The notes under the pieces were generated by a model. It saw only the letters and a program-made list of their open reading frames with translations, ran no database searches and was not told where the DNA came from. A stretch of DNA of 64,000 nucleotides, taken from assembly GCA_002269645.1 (NCBI GenBank), contig NIVC01000052.1, forward strand, positions 186,001 through 250,000, given 5' to 3'. This document shows, piece after piece, positions 1 through 58,232 of the stretch. This DNA comes from Macrostomum lignano. Lineage: Eukaryota. Numbering within the stretch: position 1 is the stretch's first letter; every line of letters begins with the position of its first letter. Made by a program: the position numbers and the translations under genes.

Positions 1-132
1 GACCATAAACAATAGAGTAATTGACCCATCACATGATCACGTGATCTGTTCTTGTGTGCAAATTAGACCCGAGAAATAATGCTCGAATAAGTTTTAGTAA
101 TTTACTAGATATATTTTGCTTATTGGACTTAC

Positions 133-46495
<46,363 letters not shown>

Positions 46496-47220
46496 TTCCG
46501 AGTCTCTCTGTTGAAGTTGCTTCGCCTAGATTGCATAGGCTATCGCATTTTCCTCCTTGCAAGATGGTACAATTTTTATGTTTCTCTTCACTATAAAATT
46601 GGAATTTGCCTTCCCCAGCAAAGCTCAGTTCTGCTCCTGATAGTCAGTGGCGGGGGGGAGGGTAGAAATACAATGTTCAGTTGAGTTGAGCAGCTCGCGG
46701 GGGAGTCGCGGCACGCAGGCAGGCGCTTATCTGTTGCAACTTCCAATTCGGATTGCAGTTTTTCCTGTCCGGAGAGCAGCTGCAGACCCGTTATGTGTTA
46801 TTGTAGCCTCGGGACCGAGGGGCAGTGCGTTCGGTTTGTGCGGCTTCACTGGAAGCGGTCTCTGCGGCCTCCTTCCCTTCCTTATCGGGCGCGTGGAGGG
46901 GAAGTCTCCGACCATTTTTATAACCTCGCGCCAGCCCCAATAATAAAAGCGGGGGCCTGTGTGTGGACCGAAGGCACCGTCTGCCTCATCTCATTGGCTG
47001 TGTTCGTCTCAGTCAGGAGCGTGGAAGCCAAAGGGAAACGAAGCGTTTATTGGACAGGAGAGAATTGCAGCCTAACCCTGGGGGACCAACTGGGTATTGT
47101 TTCCAGTTAATTTGGCTGCACGTGGGCTTTTTCGTGAAGCGCTACTTTAAGTAGCGTTTATATAAACTTTTTATATCATCGCTGTTAAACAAAACTTTAC
47201 AAGCAGAGGATGCTTTACAC

Positions 47221-47606
47221 CAGGGTTGGCAAATTTTTACCTGAAGGGCGAGATGGAGAGTCTAGCGCATGACCATGGACTACGGGCCAGAGGAGGGGAG
47301 AGCGGAGATGAAATAGGGGAGAGCGGAGATGGAATAGGGACTTAGCTGCAGGGCGGTCCGAAGACGCAGCGGGGAGGCGAGCGTCGCCCATTCCGCTAGA
47401 TGGAATAGGGAAGAGAGGAGAGGAGAGGAGAGAGAGAAGAGAAGGGAAAGGAGAGAGAAGGGAGAGGAGAGAATGGAGAGGAGATTAGAGAGAAGAGGGC
47501 GAGAAGAGACGCAAACCTTCGTTGTGAGCGTCAAAAAACCTGAGGGCCGGATAGAGCGGCTTGGCAGGCCGCATGTGGCCCGCGGGACTGAGTTTGCCGA
47601 CCCCTG
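47221..47606. mobile_element. hAT-type non-autonomous DNA transposon (MITE), ~386 bp
   Basis: Imperfect TIRs CAGGGTTGGCAAA / TTTGCCGACCCCTG; right end GGCCCGCGGG...AGTTTGCCGACCCCTG is typical of hAT MITEs; degenerate flanks ctttacac / ctcttacac; GA-rich interior. Confidence 0.7.
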
Positions 47607-48377
47607 CTCTTACACATACTGCACGATCCTGCATAAAATTGCCTGTGCTCTAATTTGTCCCCGTCTTTTCCTTTCATTTATTTCTGTCAGTGTACACTAA
47701 AAGCGCAAGAAACTAAATCTTTAAAAATAAATTTTCGACGTGTCAATTATTTTTAATATAAAAATTCATACACCAGTCTGAAAGCAGAAGAAAATAAGCA
47801 GTTAGAATAAGTTGGATATTCTTGCAAGAATATAGAACAAGAATATAGAACTACTGAATACAAATAAATCTTAGTCGATTAGCAGTTTATATATCAATTT
47901 AAAAGGTTTCAAAATTCGTCGAATCAAAACAAATATACAGCATGTCAGTATTGAGCTATTAACTCAAGTTTAGAAAATATCAATTTGCAAATTTGCAAAC
48001 ATGCAGAACAGGCGAAGTCGGGCTTCTTACAATCCGAATCATTCGATCAGATTTGCAAAAGTTAAAAAATAATTATCGTGGAGAGGTTAAGTATTCTTTT
48101 CTAATTGAATGATAAAACCTATTTAAAACCTGATAAATCTATGGACTGATAAGTCTGAATATTGCTCCGTTTGCCTCCTAAATACCCCTAAAATTTTCCG
48201 ACTTTTGTTAAAAAGAAGGGACAAATTTCAAACTACAGGAAATACGAAATGTGACTGCACCGTTTAGTGCGCGCGCGGTTTCCAGGGTAAATAGTAGTCC
48301 ATTTTTTGACTTTTTTCGGACAAATTTTCTGCAAATAGTATTCTGTAACTCCTATTTCCCCTCAAAAGTATCGAGAA

Positions 48378-50724
48378 ATGGGTTGGAAGTTAAAGAAACG
48401 GGATGATGTAGAGCCACTTCTTCCTTTAAAGCGCTGTTTCTGCTTCGACAATCGAATGGGAACTTTCGTAGGCAGCGTCATCATAATAGTGAGTTGGCTT
48501 AATATTTTCAGTTTAATTACAGCGTATTTAAATATATTATTAAATATAGCGAAAATATGCTTAAAATAAAATTTTACAAAGAATCAATAGCAATAAACTT
48601 CATGAAAATATTTAAACAAAATAAACAAATACAAATTAGATTCAAAGGTTTATTACAAGTTGTATATCAATATTATATATCTATATGATTTTCATAAAAA
48701 ATATTTGCTTTTTTGTAAAAGTCATTTTCAAAAGCAAGTGTGACATGGCATTTTTATATATTTGGTAGTTTAACTTCAATGTAAATCCCAACTATTTATA
48801 CGAGTAATGTATATATTTAAGCATTACTAAAATATTTCTAACTATTAAAAATCATATAAATGAAATACATGCTTTTATTTTCAAAAAAAAACTATTTATA
48901 CTGCAAATTACATAGTTTTTTATCCACAAAAATATGAAACAACAAAGTAAAAATTGCATAAATACTTCTTCATACAGATCTTCACATTTGTGGAGCTGAT
49001 CACAGTAATCCTAGACTGGTTCACATATGATGAGTCGCGCAACTTTAACATCATGGGCGCATTTCGTTCATTCTGGAAGAGAATATTCTGGAAAGGCTTT
49101 GTCATTTGTGATGGTGTAATGACCCTGGCCCACATTGTGCTGCTCGCAATTGCCATCTTCACTGTGGTGGCCATCCTTAGACCAGCCAAGTTTGTAAGTC
49201 AGGATTGTAGCATTGATTTATGTTTTACTCTTGAACATGGATAACACCTCACAATGGCTGCCATTGCAGAAAATCTATACTCTCAGGCCGATTTTGAAAG
49301 CCTACTACATATTGCTGACCCTTCATATCCTCATTGAGCTGGGGGTCAGCTGCTACATCTACTCATGGTATGGTCTGGCTGGCTGGGTGAGTGCTAGCTT
49401 AGCTAACTTGGCTTGTGTCATGTGCCTGCTGACTTGATACCTTCTCATCCCCTTCCCATCTCCCCTTCCCCATCTCCCCTTCCCCATCTCCCCTTTCCCA
49501 TCTCCCCTTCCCCATCTCCCCTTCCCCATCTCCCATTTCCATCTCCCCTTCCCCATCTCCCCTTTCCCATCTCCCCTTCCCCATCTCCCCTTCCCCATCT
49601 CCCCTTTCCCATCTCCCCTTTCCCATCTCCCCTTCCACATCTTCTCTTTCCCATCTCCCCTTTCCCATCTCCCCTTCCCCGTCTCCCCTTCCCCACCTCC
49701 CCTTTCCCATCTCCCCTTCCCCATCTTCCCTTCCCCATCTCCCCTTTCCCATCTCCCCTTCCCCATCTCCCCTTTCCCATCTCCCCTTCCCCATCTCCCC
49801 TTCCCCATCTCCCCTTTCCCATCTCCCCTTCCCCATCTCCCCTTCCCCATCTCCCCTTTCCATCTCCCCTTCCACATCTTCTCTTTCCCATCTCCCCTTT
49901 CCCATCTCCCCTTCCCCGTCTCCCCTTCCCCATCTCCCCTTTCCCATCTCCCCTTTCCCATCTCCCCTTTCCCATCTCCCCTTCCCCATCTCCCCTTCCC
50001 CATCTCCCCTTTCCATCTCCCCTTCCACATCTTCTCTTTCCCATCTCCCCTTTCCCATCTCCCCTTCCCCGTCTCCCCTTCCCCACCTCCCCTTTCCCAT
50101 CTCCCCTTCCCCATCTTCCCTTCCCCATCTCCCCTTTCCCATCTCCCCTTCCCCATCTTCCCTTCCCCATCTCCCCTTTCCCATCTCCCCTTTCCCATCT
50201 CCCCTTTCCCATCTCCCCTTCCCCATCTTCCCTTCCTCATCTCCCCTTCCCCATCTCCCCTTTCCATCTCCCCTTCCACATCTTCTCTTTCCCATCTCCC
50301 TTCCATCTCCCATCTCCCCTTCCCCATTCTCCTTCCAACCCCCCTTCGCATATCCCAGCTTCCCCATCACCCCTTCCCCATCTCCCCAACTGCCTCTGCT
50401 CCACAATCCCCAGCCACAATTGATTCTATCCCACCGCAGCGCCTGCCATTCCTGGTGTGGAAGAACATGTTCTACTTGATCCGCTTTCTCACAAACGTGG
50501 GGTTCTGCATAGTGATCTACTCCTACTGCCGTGAGATCTCGGACGAGCTCAGCCAGGGCCCAATTGACGACACAGATTTTGGCACCTCAACCGACAAGCT
50601 GCAGGAGAACCCGTCGGATCTGCCTATGCCAGGCAATCCCTACTATACCAACGGCTTCAATAGCGGCTTCCACGATGCTCGAAACCCCCACGATGAGGGC
50701 GCCGGGGTCTATGCCAATGCCTGA
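48378..50724 (+). CDS. Four-transmembrane LAPTM/DUF4728-like membrane protein, 242 aa, 4 exons (48378-48488, 48978-49193, 49270-49386, 50440-50724)
   Basis: All introns GT-AG phase 0; N-terminal CFCFDNRMG before TM1; four hydrophobic segments; VIYSYCREI after TM4; acidic tail with Tyr motifs. Family call is by motif resemblance only. Confidence 0.8.
49447..50390. repeat. Pyrimidine-rich 14/15-nt minisatellite (CCATCTCCCCTTCC)n filling intron 3 of the 4-TM gene
   Basis: Direct inspection. Confidence 0.95.
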
Positions 50725-51327
50725 CTCTGAGCTGCTCAAGGGAACCAGAATAAAAAAATCTAGGAAGACGACTGCCTACGGTATAAACATTTTCCTTACC
50801 AAGTTTATTAATAATTTTCTTGGTGCTTATTTTTGTGTTACCTCCTGTTAGGTTTTGTAAAAGAACTCTTCCAGAGGTAAACTTGAATTTTTTATTGGGC
50901 ATTGCTGATATTATAACAAATTGTTATTTTCATATTTTCCTTTTTAGAGCCACAGTGTGGCACGTTTATTTGCGTGTATTTTTACTTGCAGTAGCTAAAA
51001 AGGCTGTTTATATTATCTTACCATTTTTAGAAACAAAGAAAAAATCAGCTCAAAGGAATATGTAATCTTTTATTCCATCAGTTTTTTTTCATTTTCAGGC
51101 TTTTTATGCGTCTGAGCGTTTTTCTATTTTTTTGCTACATGTACATAAGCGGGAAAAAAGACTTTACACCCCTTCCACATTTAACTTTTCTTTTATTCAA
51201 AATCATGCAACGGACAATTTCTAACGCAACTGCATGTTCATTTTTTAAATTCATCAGATCATGTTCTCCGTTTTTAGGCAGTGTGGAATCTTATGAATGC
51301 TTTCTGTAGTATTTGTGTACATATAAC

Positions 51328-51333
51328 AATAAA
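51328..51333 (+). terminator. Distal AATAAA poly(A) signal candidate of the 4-TM gene (proximal one at 50749-50754)
   Basis: Hexamers downstream of stop 50724 in an AT-rich 3' region. Confidence 0.45.
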
Positions 51334-51355
51334 GCTGACAATGAAGAATTATGAA

Positions 51356-52646
51356 TGTTATGCCGTGGGCTTTCGCCCGAGATAGAACAAGGATTTCCCT
51401 GGGTGGTCGGGTAGGTCTTGATATCCCACCGCTGCCACCAGTGTAATGCTGGTGCCGGATCCCACCAATGTAACCAATGTAATGGCCTTGTGGATCCCCG
51501 TCTCTTTGGTGATTACTGCTGTTGCCTACTACTTCCTCTGTCTGTCCTCGCTATCTAGCACGGCCGGTAGCTGGCCTGAGTGGTCTAGCTATGGTCCGAA
51601 TTAACCCCTCTTAGTCTCCACTGAGTATAGTTAGATAATAACCGAGTATTGGTAGTTGGGTTGCTGCCACCTTGTAGGGCTACCGGTGATATCCTCGACA
51701 GGTTACCCCTAGGTAGGCCTACTGATAAGTAGAAATTAAATAAGACAAACAAGTCAGTTAAACGCTTATTAATGTGAGTAACGGTCACAGGCCGATCCTA
51801 AAATATCGTTTAATAGCTCAACTGGTGTCGCAGTAACAAGTCCCAACCCTATTAGGTGTCACTGATGTTGCCCAACAGCGTAGGTTGTAGGCCACGAGAC
51901 CAGGTCCAGACGGTGTCGAAGGTCTGGCGAGCTGATGACACAAAGACCTGCGGCAGTCTTAATGAGCAAATGGCAGCTGCAACAAGGATTTGTTAGCAGG
52001 TTATCCCTAGGAAAAGCGTCTAGCGATCTGCCTAAGCTAGTTCGTCTAGGAAAAGCGTCTAGGAATACTAGCCTTTGCTCGAAGCCAAGCAGGCGGTCTC
52101 CGAGAGGAAGATCGTCTCTTTGGGCCTTCACCTACTCTGTATTTATACTAAAATTCGGGGGTCTCAGGGCCAATGGGAAGCTCAGAGGCAGTTCCGTGGC
52201 AGATCCCATGGCAGTTCCGTGGACTACCCGGCGCCCGGAGCGATCTTGGAGATGTCCATAAGACATCTGCCTCATCATGCAGCCTCCGCATGGCCTGCTG
52301 GTACACTGCTTGCATGTTGCCGCATGCAAGGAGTGCAACCAAGACCCCACGAGATCCTACCCGGGCGGAGAGCTATGCTCTCACTCCCGCTGACTAAATA
52401 AGCCTGTACTAAGGGAGAAATATCCCACTGACTAATGTTTCTATTTTTAGCCCATTGCAGACTGCGCCAGGGGGAGAGGGGGAGAGATTTCTCTCCCTGT
52501 CCCGCGACAGCTGCACACCTGAGCCTGCACAAGGAAGAAGGGGAAGGGACAGCCCTATGCCCAGCTCCCACTGCTGCAGCCCAAGCACTAACTGACTAAG
52601 GGGGGATCCCAGGAGCAGCCTATGCTAGCTATGCTGGATCACCACA
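51356..52646 (-). repeat. 3' LTR (1291 bp), with candidate TATAAAT (52147-52141) and ATTAAA (~51814-51809) on the element strand
   Basis: Direct repeat of 59216-60507. Confidence 0.97.
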
Positions 52647-52660
52647 CCCACCCCACCTGA
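52647..52660 (-). promoter_or_regulatory. Polypurine tract
   Basis: AGGTGGGGTGGG immediately before the 3' LTR TG. Confidence 0.7.
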
Positions 52661-52853
52661 AAAAGAAGAAGCGACACCAGGAGGTTCTTCATCAAGTAAG
52701 GTAAGTCAATGTATTTAATAAGTCATGTAGGTATCAATTAGAGAAAGGCCATAGGCCAATACACAGAAGCTGATAGTTATAATGAAAGGCCTGAGCCAAT
52801 ACGCCTGTGAGGCCATATGCCCCACGATGAGCTACTGTAGACGAGCGTCTCCG

Positions 52854-55800
52854 TTAATGGGCCGGCCTCGCCGTATTCAGCAGAGCGAGGGCCTCGGCTG
52901 ATAGGGCCGGCATGCGGCCGAGATCTTGAGCTGCTCTGCGTACTGCGGCCTCCAACGCCACGGCGTAATGCCGATATGGCATGAGCAAAGAGCGCGTTCT
53001 CGTGAAGGCTTCGTTGATGAGGGCGCGCCGCTCATCCTCAGCCATAGCCTTTAGTGCAATGGTTTGCGGTGTGGGCCAGGCCGTTATTTCTCCGGTATAC
53101 GCGGCTTTCAGCAGAATGGCCGCGATCATCTGCTTGATGGGCTCCCTGGCCGGCTGCGACTGGCTGCTACAGGCCGTCCCGCCACTGCTGGCCGGTGCCA
53201 CCTTGCTGGGAGGGGAGCGGCTTCGCCCTCCCAGCCTTTCCAAGGCCGTCGGCCGTCCAGCGGGCTGCCAGTTGGCCGCGCGCTGCCGGGAGCGACTCCT
53301 CGATGGTCCTGCCGCTGCCCGGCCTCTGGCCGGGGGCTTCTCCAACAGCGCCGTCTTCCTAGGGGTTGGCTCTGTTTGAGGCCCGGCCACAGCCTGGACG
53401 TTCGTGTCGACTCGCAATAATGTACGGCGGGTAATGCCGATGGGCGCTGTAACCGGCGGGCCAGACGGTATTGGCGTTGGCTTGGTCTTCACCCGCCCTT
53501 CATCGGGACGCGGTGATGATGACTCGATCGGCTCGAAAGAGTCGTTCGAAGCTGACAGAGAGAGCTGCTGCTCTAGAGGCATCTCGTCCTCGCTCATGAT
53601 GGTGCTGGAATGCGGAAAGAAGCGCCTTATTGAAGAGGCGAGCGCATCCCTGATCCTAGCAACATAAGATTTAGCTCTAGGATTCATGATTAGTCTATCT
53701 GGGGCTCGGCGGTCTCTCCGCGGGCGCTCAGCAACAGGCTGAGGGTCCGGGGGCACCGCTTCGGGCTGTTCTATTTCCCTGTGTGCTTCAGGTTGCTCAT
53801 TAACAGCTTCCCCATCCTCATTCATTTCAGGTTCGGCGACTTCTGGGATCGCTGCTAATGCTGCGGCCGGACGCAGAAAGTAGCGCGGAGCCCAGTCATC
53901 ATCGTCGTCATCGAGCTCGTCAACGTCATCGGCGGCTTCGCCGGTATTCTGAGAGGCAGTGGTTTCTAGGGCAACGCGACGCTTATGCGGCGGCCCAGCA
54001 CGGTGCTCAGCTGCCCGGCCAGCCGGCTCTGGATAGTCAGCTTGCGGAACCGGTAGCATATTGCGACGGTGCACCACCAACTCCTCTCGACGAGCCCTAG
54101 GATTCCGGAGGCGAGGTCTGATCTTGTAGACCACTTCTCCTTGCGCTCTACTACTTCATACACAGCCTTGCGTGGTCTGTGAAATTTCTGCGCTTCCCAA
54201 GACTGATCTAAGACTGGATTGTTCAAGAAGACTAGGTCACCCGGTGAGAGCTGCTTGGCCTTCGGGCGATTCTCATAATGTTCATCGCGAAGTTCTTGAT
54301 GCAGCTTCACACGGTCCTGGGCTAACTTATTAGCTTCCTCTAGTCTCTTCTGGAAGTCTTGGACGTACGTTGGCAAGTCCGGATATTCAGGTGGGACCCG
54401 AAGCTCATTATCAATGGGCATCCGGAATTCTCTTCCAAAGACCAAGAAGTAGGGCGTAAACCCTGTAACCGGGTGAACGCTAGATCGCAGAGCGATCATG
54501 CATGCTGGGAGGAAGGTATCCCAATCTTGGTGATTCTTCTCCAGCAAGCACGTGAGTACACTCTTGATTGTCTTGTTGAGATTTTCCACCTGGCCATTCG
54601 AACTAGGATTATACGGCGTTGTAGTCGTGTGCCTAATGCCGTACAGCTCACAAAACTTCTTAAAGTCCTTTCCAGTGAAGTTCGTTCCTTGGTCGGTGTG
54701 CAGCCACGCTGGTACCCCGTACTCCGGAAACAACCTTTCCTGAAGAATCTTGACTACGGTCTTGGTCTTCTGGTTCCGCATAGGGAACGCAAAAGGGTAT
54801 TTTGAAGTAGCATCGCACAGAGTCAGAATATAGCGGTGGCCAGCTCGCGAAGGCTGCGCGATTGGGCCGACAACGTCGCAGTGTAGCCGTCCCATTACTT
54901 CACAGACTGGGAAACTCTGCACGGGCACAGCTTCGCGACGGCGAGTCTTGCTCTCCAGGCAGACTCGACATCGGGCCACGTAGGCCTTAACCGCTTTGCT
55001 CAAAGACGGCCTCCAAAACCTTTGTCTAACCCGAAGATAGGTCTTAGTTTCGCCAAGGTGTCCACTCAAGGGAGCATCATGGAGCTCTTTGAACACCTGG
55101 TCATCTAGACTCTTCGGCAGCACAATGCGCGGTGGACGGTCTGCTATGTCTTCATCGTAGACGAGCAGGTTGTCTACTAGCCGCAACATCTCAAAGTAGC
55201 CTAGTAGGTTGCGCGTATCCCTACTAAGACGTAGTCGGGCGTCAAAGGACGGCTTGGGCGAACTAGTCGCTAAAAGATTTCTGACGAACTCAATGTCCGG
55301 GTCCTTCTGCTGCTCGAGGAGCAGTTGGTCTCGCTTCAGAGATTCGGACAGAAAATCACTAAGCAGAACACGACAGCGTGGAGGAACATCCTCACTAACG
55401 CTACGGTTCGCTGATTCCGTTATTGAAGCAGATAATGGCCTTGCTGCGTCGTCGGTCCGGATTCCTGCGGTCAGGTCACCTGAGACACAAGGGCGCACAG
55501 CTTCTATGGCCGTAGGTGCGGTAGTGTGGCGTCCAACTGGGGCAAAGTCCACAGCTAAACCAGCAACCTTGGCTGCCCATTCTGAGCGGCGGTCCACTGA
55601 GGGACAACATGTCGCATCAGTCTGGCAGACAGCCTCGGACGCTCCAGCCGAACAACGGTTCACTGAGGAACAACATGTTGAGTCGGCAGAAACGGCCGCA
55701 ATAACGGGTGTCGGACATCGGTCCACTGAGGGACAGCATGATGAGCCGGCGACGGCAATACGAGATTCCTGCGAGGCAGAACTGCTGGATGTTACTTGGT

Positions 55801-58232
55801 CGGCGTCTTCGACTAATCGAGGGCTGAGGGTACAGTGGCCTCATTTTCTGTCTGGTTGGGTGTCCGTGCTCCAGGACGACAGTCATCGAACTCCGGACCG
55901 TCCGGCTTTCTTGATAAGCTGTCTGCGTTCTGGTGCAAACTTCCCTTCCGATGAATGACAGCAAAGTCGAATTCACTTAGCCGTTCGACCCAACGACCCA
56001 AGATCCCTTCGGCTTCAGTCTGGCGAATGAGCCAAAGAAGAGCCCTGTGGTCTGTTCTAACCTCAAATCTCTTGCCGATTAAGTAGTAACGAAAGTGCCT
56101 CATCGAGTCAACAACGGCCAAAAGCTCACGCTTGGTGTTGTTGTACCTCGTTTCAGGCTCGCGCAATTTCCGACTAAAATAGGCAACAGGCCGCTCCGCA
56201 CCATCGGATTGGCGCTGGCCTAAACAGGCGCCGATTCGGAAACCTGAGGCATCACAATCCAGGACGAAGACTGTGTCTGGGTCTGTGTTGTACTCTGGGT
56301 ACGCGAGGACCTCAGTAGAGCACAGCTTCTTCTTGAGCTCATCGAAAGCTTTCGAGTGTTGCTCTGTCCAGAGCCCTTGAACCCAACAAGGTTCTTCCGA
56401 GTCAATTGATGCAACGGGGCAGCAATTTCGGCGTAATTCTTGACGAATTTGGCATAGTAGTTACAGAGACCTAGAAAGCTCTGCAGCTGCTTGACTGTCT
56501 GAGGACGCGGCCAGTCTAGTATCTGCTGTACCTTGTCTTCATTAGTCCTAATGCCTCGTCTATCGACTACATGTCCGAGATAGTGCAACTCTGTCTTAAA
56601 CAGATGGCATTTGCGTGGCTTTAGCTTAAGATTGGCTTCAATGAGCCGCCTGAACATTTCGCGAAGATGTTCGAGGTGCTCCTCGAAGGCAATACTATGA
56701 ATGACAATGTCATCCATGTATCCTAAGGCGAACTTAGTGATACCGTCTAGCAGCATATTGATGCATCGCTGGAAGGCTCCAGGGCTATCGCGAAGCCCCA
56801 TAGGCAAGACGTTGAACTCAAACTGACCTCGATTGATCACTGAGAAGGCTGTGCGAAAACGATCCTCTTCACGCAACGGGATCTGATAGAACCCTTGAGC
56901 AAGATCCAAGCTGCTGAACCATTGAGATCCACGGAGACATGCAAACGTCTCCTGGATAGATGGCAACGGATACGGGCGATATTCGCATCTCTCATTCAGC
57001 TCGCGATAGTCATGGACTATGCGGACAGATTTGTCCTTCTTAGGCACTACTAAGATAGGAGAGCTGTAGCTTGAATAAGATGGCCTGATCAAGCCCTTCT
57101 CTAGCATCTCATCTAGCAGCTGATTGACCTGATCTTGCAGGTGCGGGGGGACCCTGCGAGCTGGAATCCTAACTGGAGTCTCGTCCTCGTCCCGCATGAC
57201 GATCTGATGGGTCACCAGGTGAGTCAGACCGTGATCGAGAGTGTGCGTGGAGAACGCATTCCGCGACTCTCTGATCAGCTCACGAACCTGGGACTTCTGG
57301 TCCTCCGTGATCGAATCGCCTATCTCTATCTCATTGATCCAATCGTCACTGGCTGAATTGACGTTATCGTCTAGGTGCAACTTACGCACAGGTGTTGCTT
57401 TCAGTTCTGGATAGTACTCGAGGTCTTGCGTCCGGAGCGGTGTGGCAAGGCCCACCAAGGCTCCTTTGGCTATATTAACTGGAAAGTTGTTAGGATTAAC
57501 AACTTCCATGCAGCCTTTGCCTTCATGCATCGTTACCAATGCTGCAGATGCGCGGACCTGGGAAAGCCCAGCGCGGAGTCCAGATCTGAGTGGTTCAACC
57601 ACTGCTGGCACTCCATAATTCGATTCTTTGCCACGTGCCAGTTGCACAGAAATGAGGCCAGAACTTCGAGCAGGAATCTGATGTTTTCCGGCAACATAGA
57701 CTCTGCAAGAGGTTGGCTCACGGCGCGTATAGCGCACAGGTACACAAGTACCAGTAGTGAGGGTAAGCATTCCTGTCTGGAACTCCAAAGTCCGACAGTG
57801 CTTCCTCATAAAATCAATGCCTAGGAGATTCTCCTGATCGCCGCTTACAATGTAGAATTCAGCTTCAGCTGAGAAATCTCCGAAGACAACATCAAGCATA
57901 ACCTTACCGGTTAGCTGTAATTCAGAACCATCATAGGTTAGAATACGATCGGAATAAGTAGGTGTAACTACGCATGCATGAGCAGTATTACGCGATATCA
58001 ATCGCCAAGTAGAAAGGCCCATCAGGTTCAGTCTGCTCCCGCTGTCGAGAAGCAAGGGGACCTGTTGGCCGAAAATAAGCGCAGTTACATAAGGATCAGC
58101 ACCAGAGTTATATACATTATTTACAAAGGAAGAGTCTACGGTATCGCCAGACTCTCCAGACTGCTTTAGTGCGACTTCGGGGGTTGGCCCTGGAGAGGGT
58201 CCTGGTTGGCAACCCCCGCCCGGACGTTTCCC
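52854..58232 (-). CDS. pol: Pol polyprotein PR-RT-RNaseH-IN plus long C-terminal extension; three apparent single-base frameshifts (~56375, ~55822, ~54140)
   Basis: LLDSGS protease; YPLP, QGFYQI, YMDD RT; DAS/ELLAVV/TDH/NADSLSR RNase H; HDAPLSGH..CRVC zinc finger; CDVVGP/HTDQG/QVE DDE integrase. Confidence 0.93.

Noticed and set aside
49359-50423. 330-336-aa Gly/Pro-rich collagen-like ORFs
   Set aside because: Translations of the intronic CCATCTCCCCTT minisatellite.
51423-51587. A (permuted) tRNA-Leu gene inside the LTR
   Set aside because: Only the 3' 18 nt and about 22 nt of the 5' end are present, in reversed order and without an anticodon arm. Reported instead as tRNA-complementary boxes.
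51925-51975. CTGATGA in the LTR as a hammerhead ribozyme core
   Set aside because: No stem II followed by GAAA and no cleavage triplet geometry found by eye.
52981-53420. Antisense ORFs within the retrotransposon 3' region and LTRs
   Set aside because: Short, overlapping and GC-driven; no motif support.
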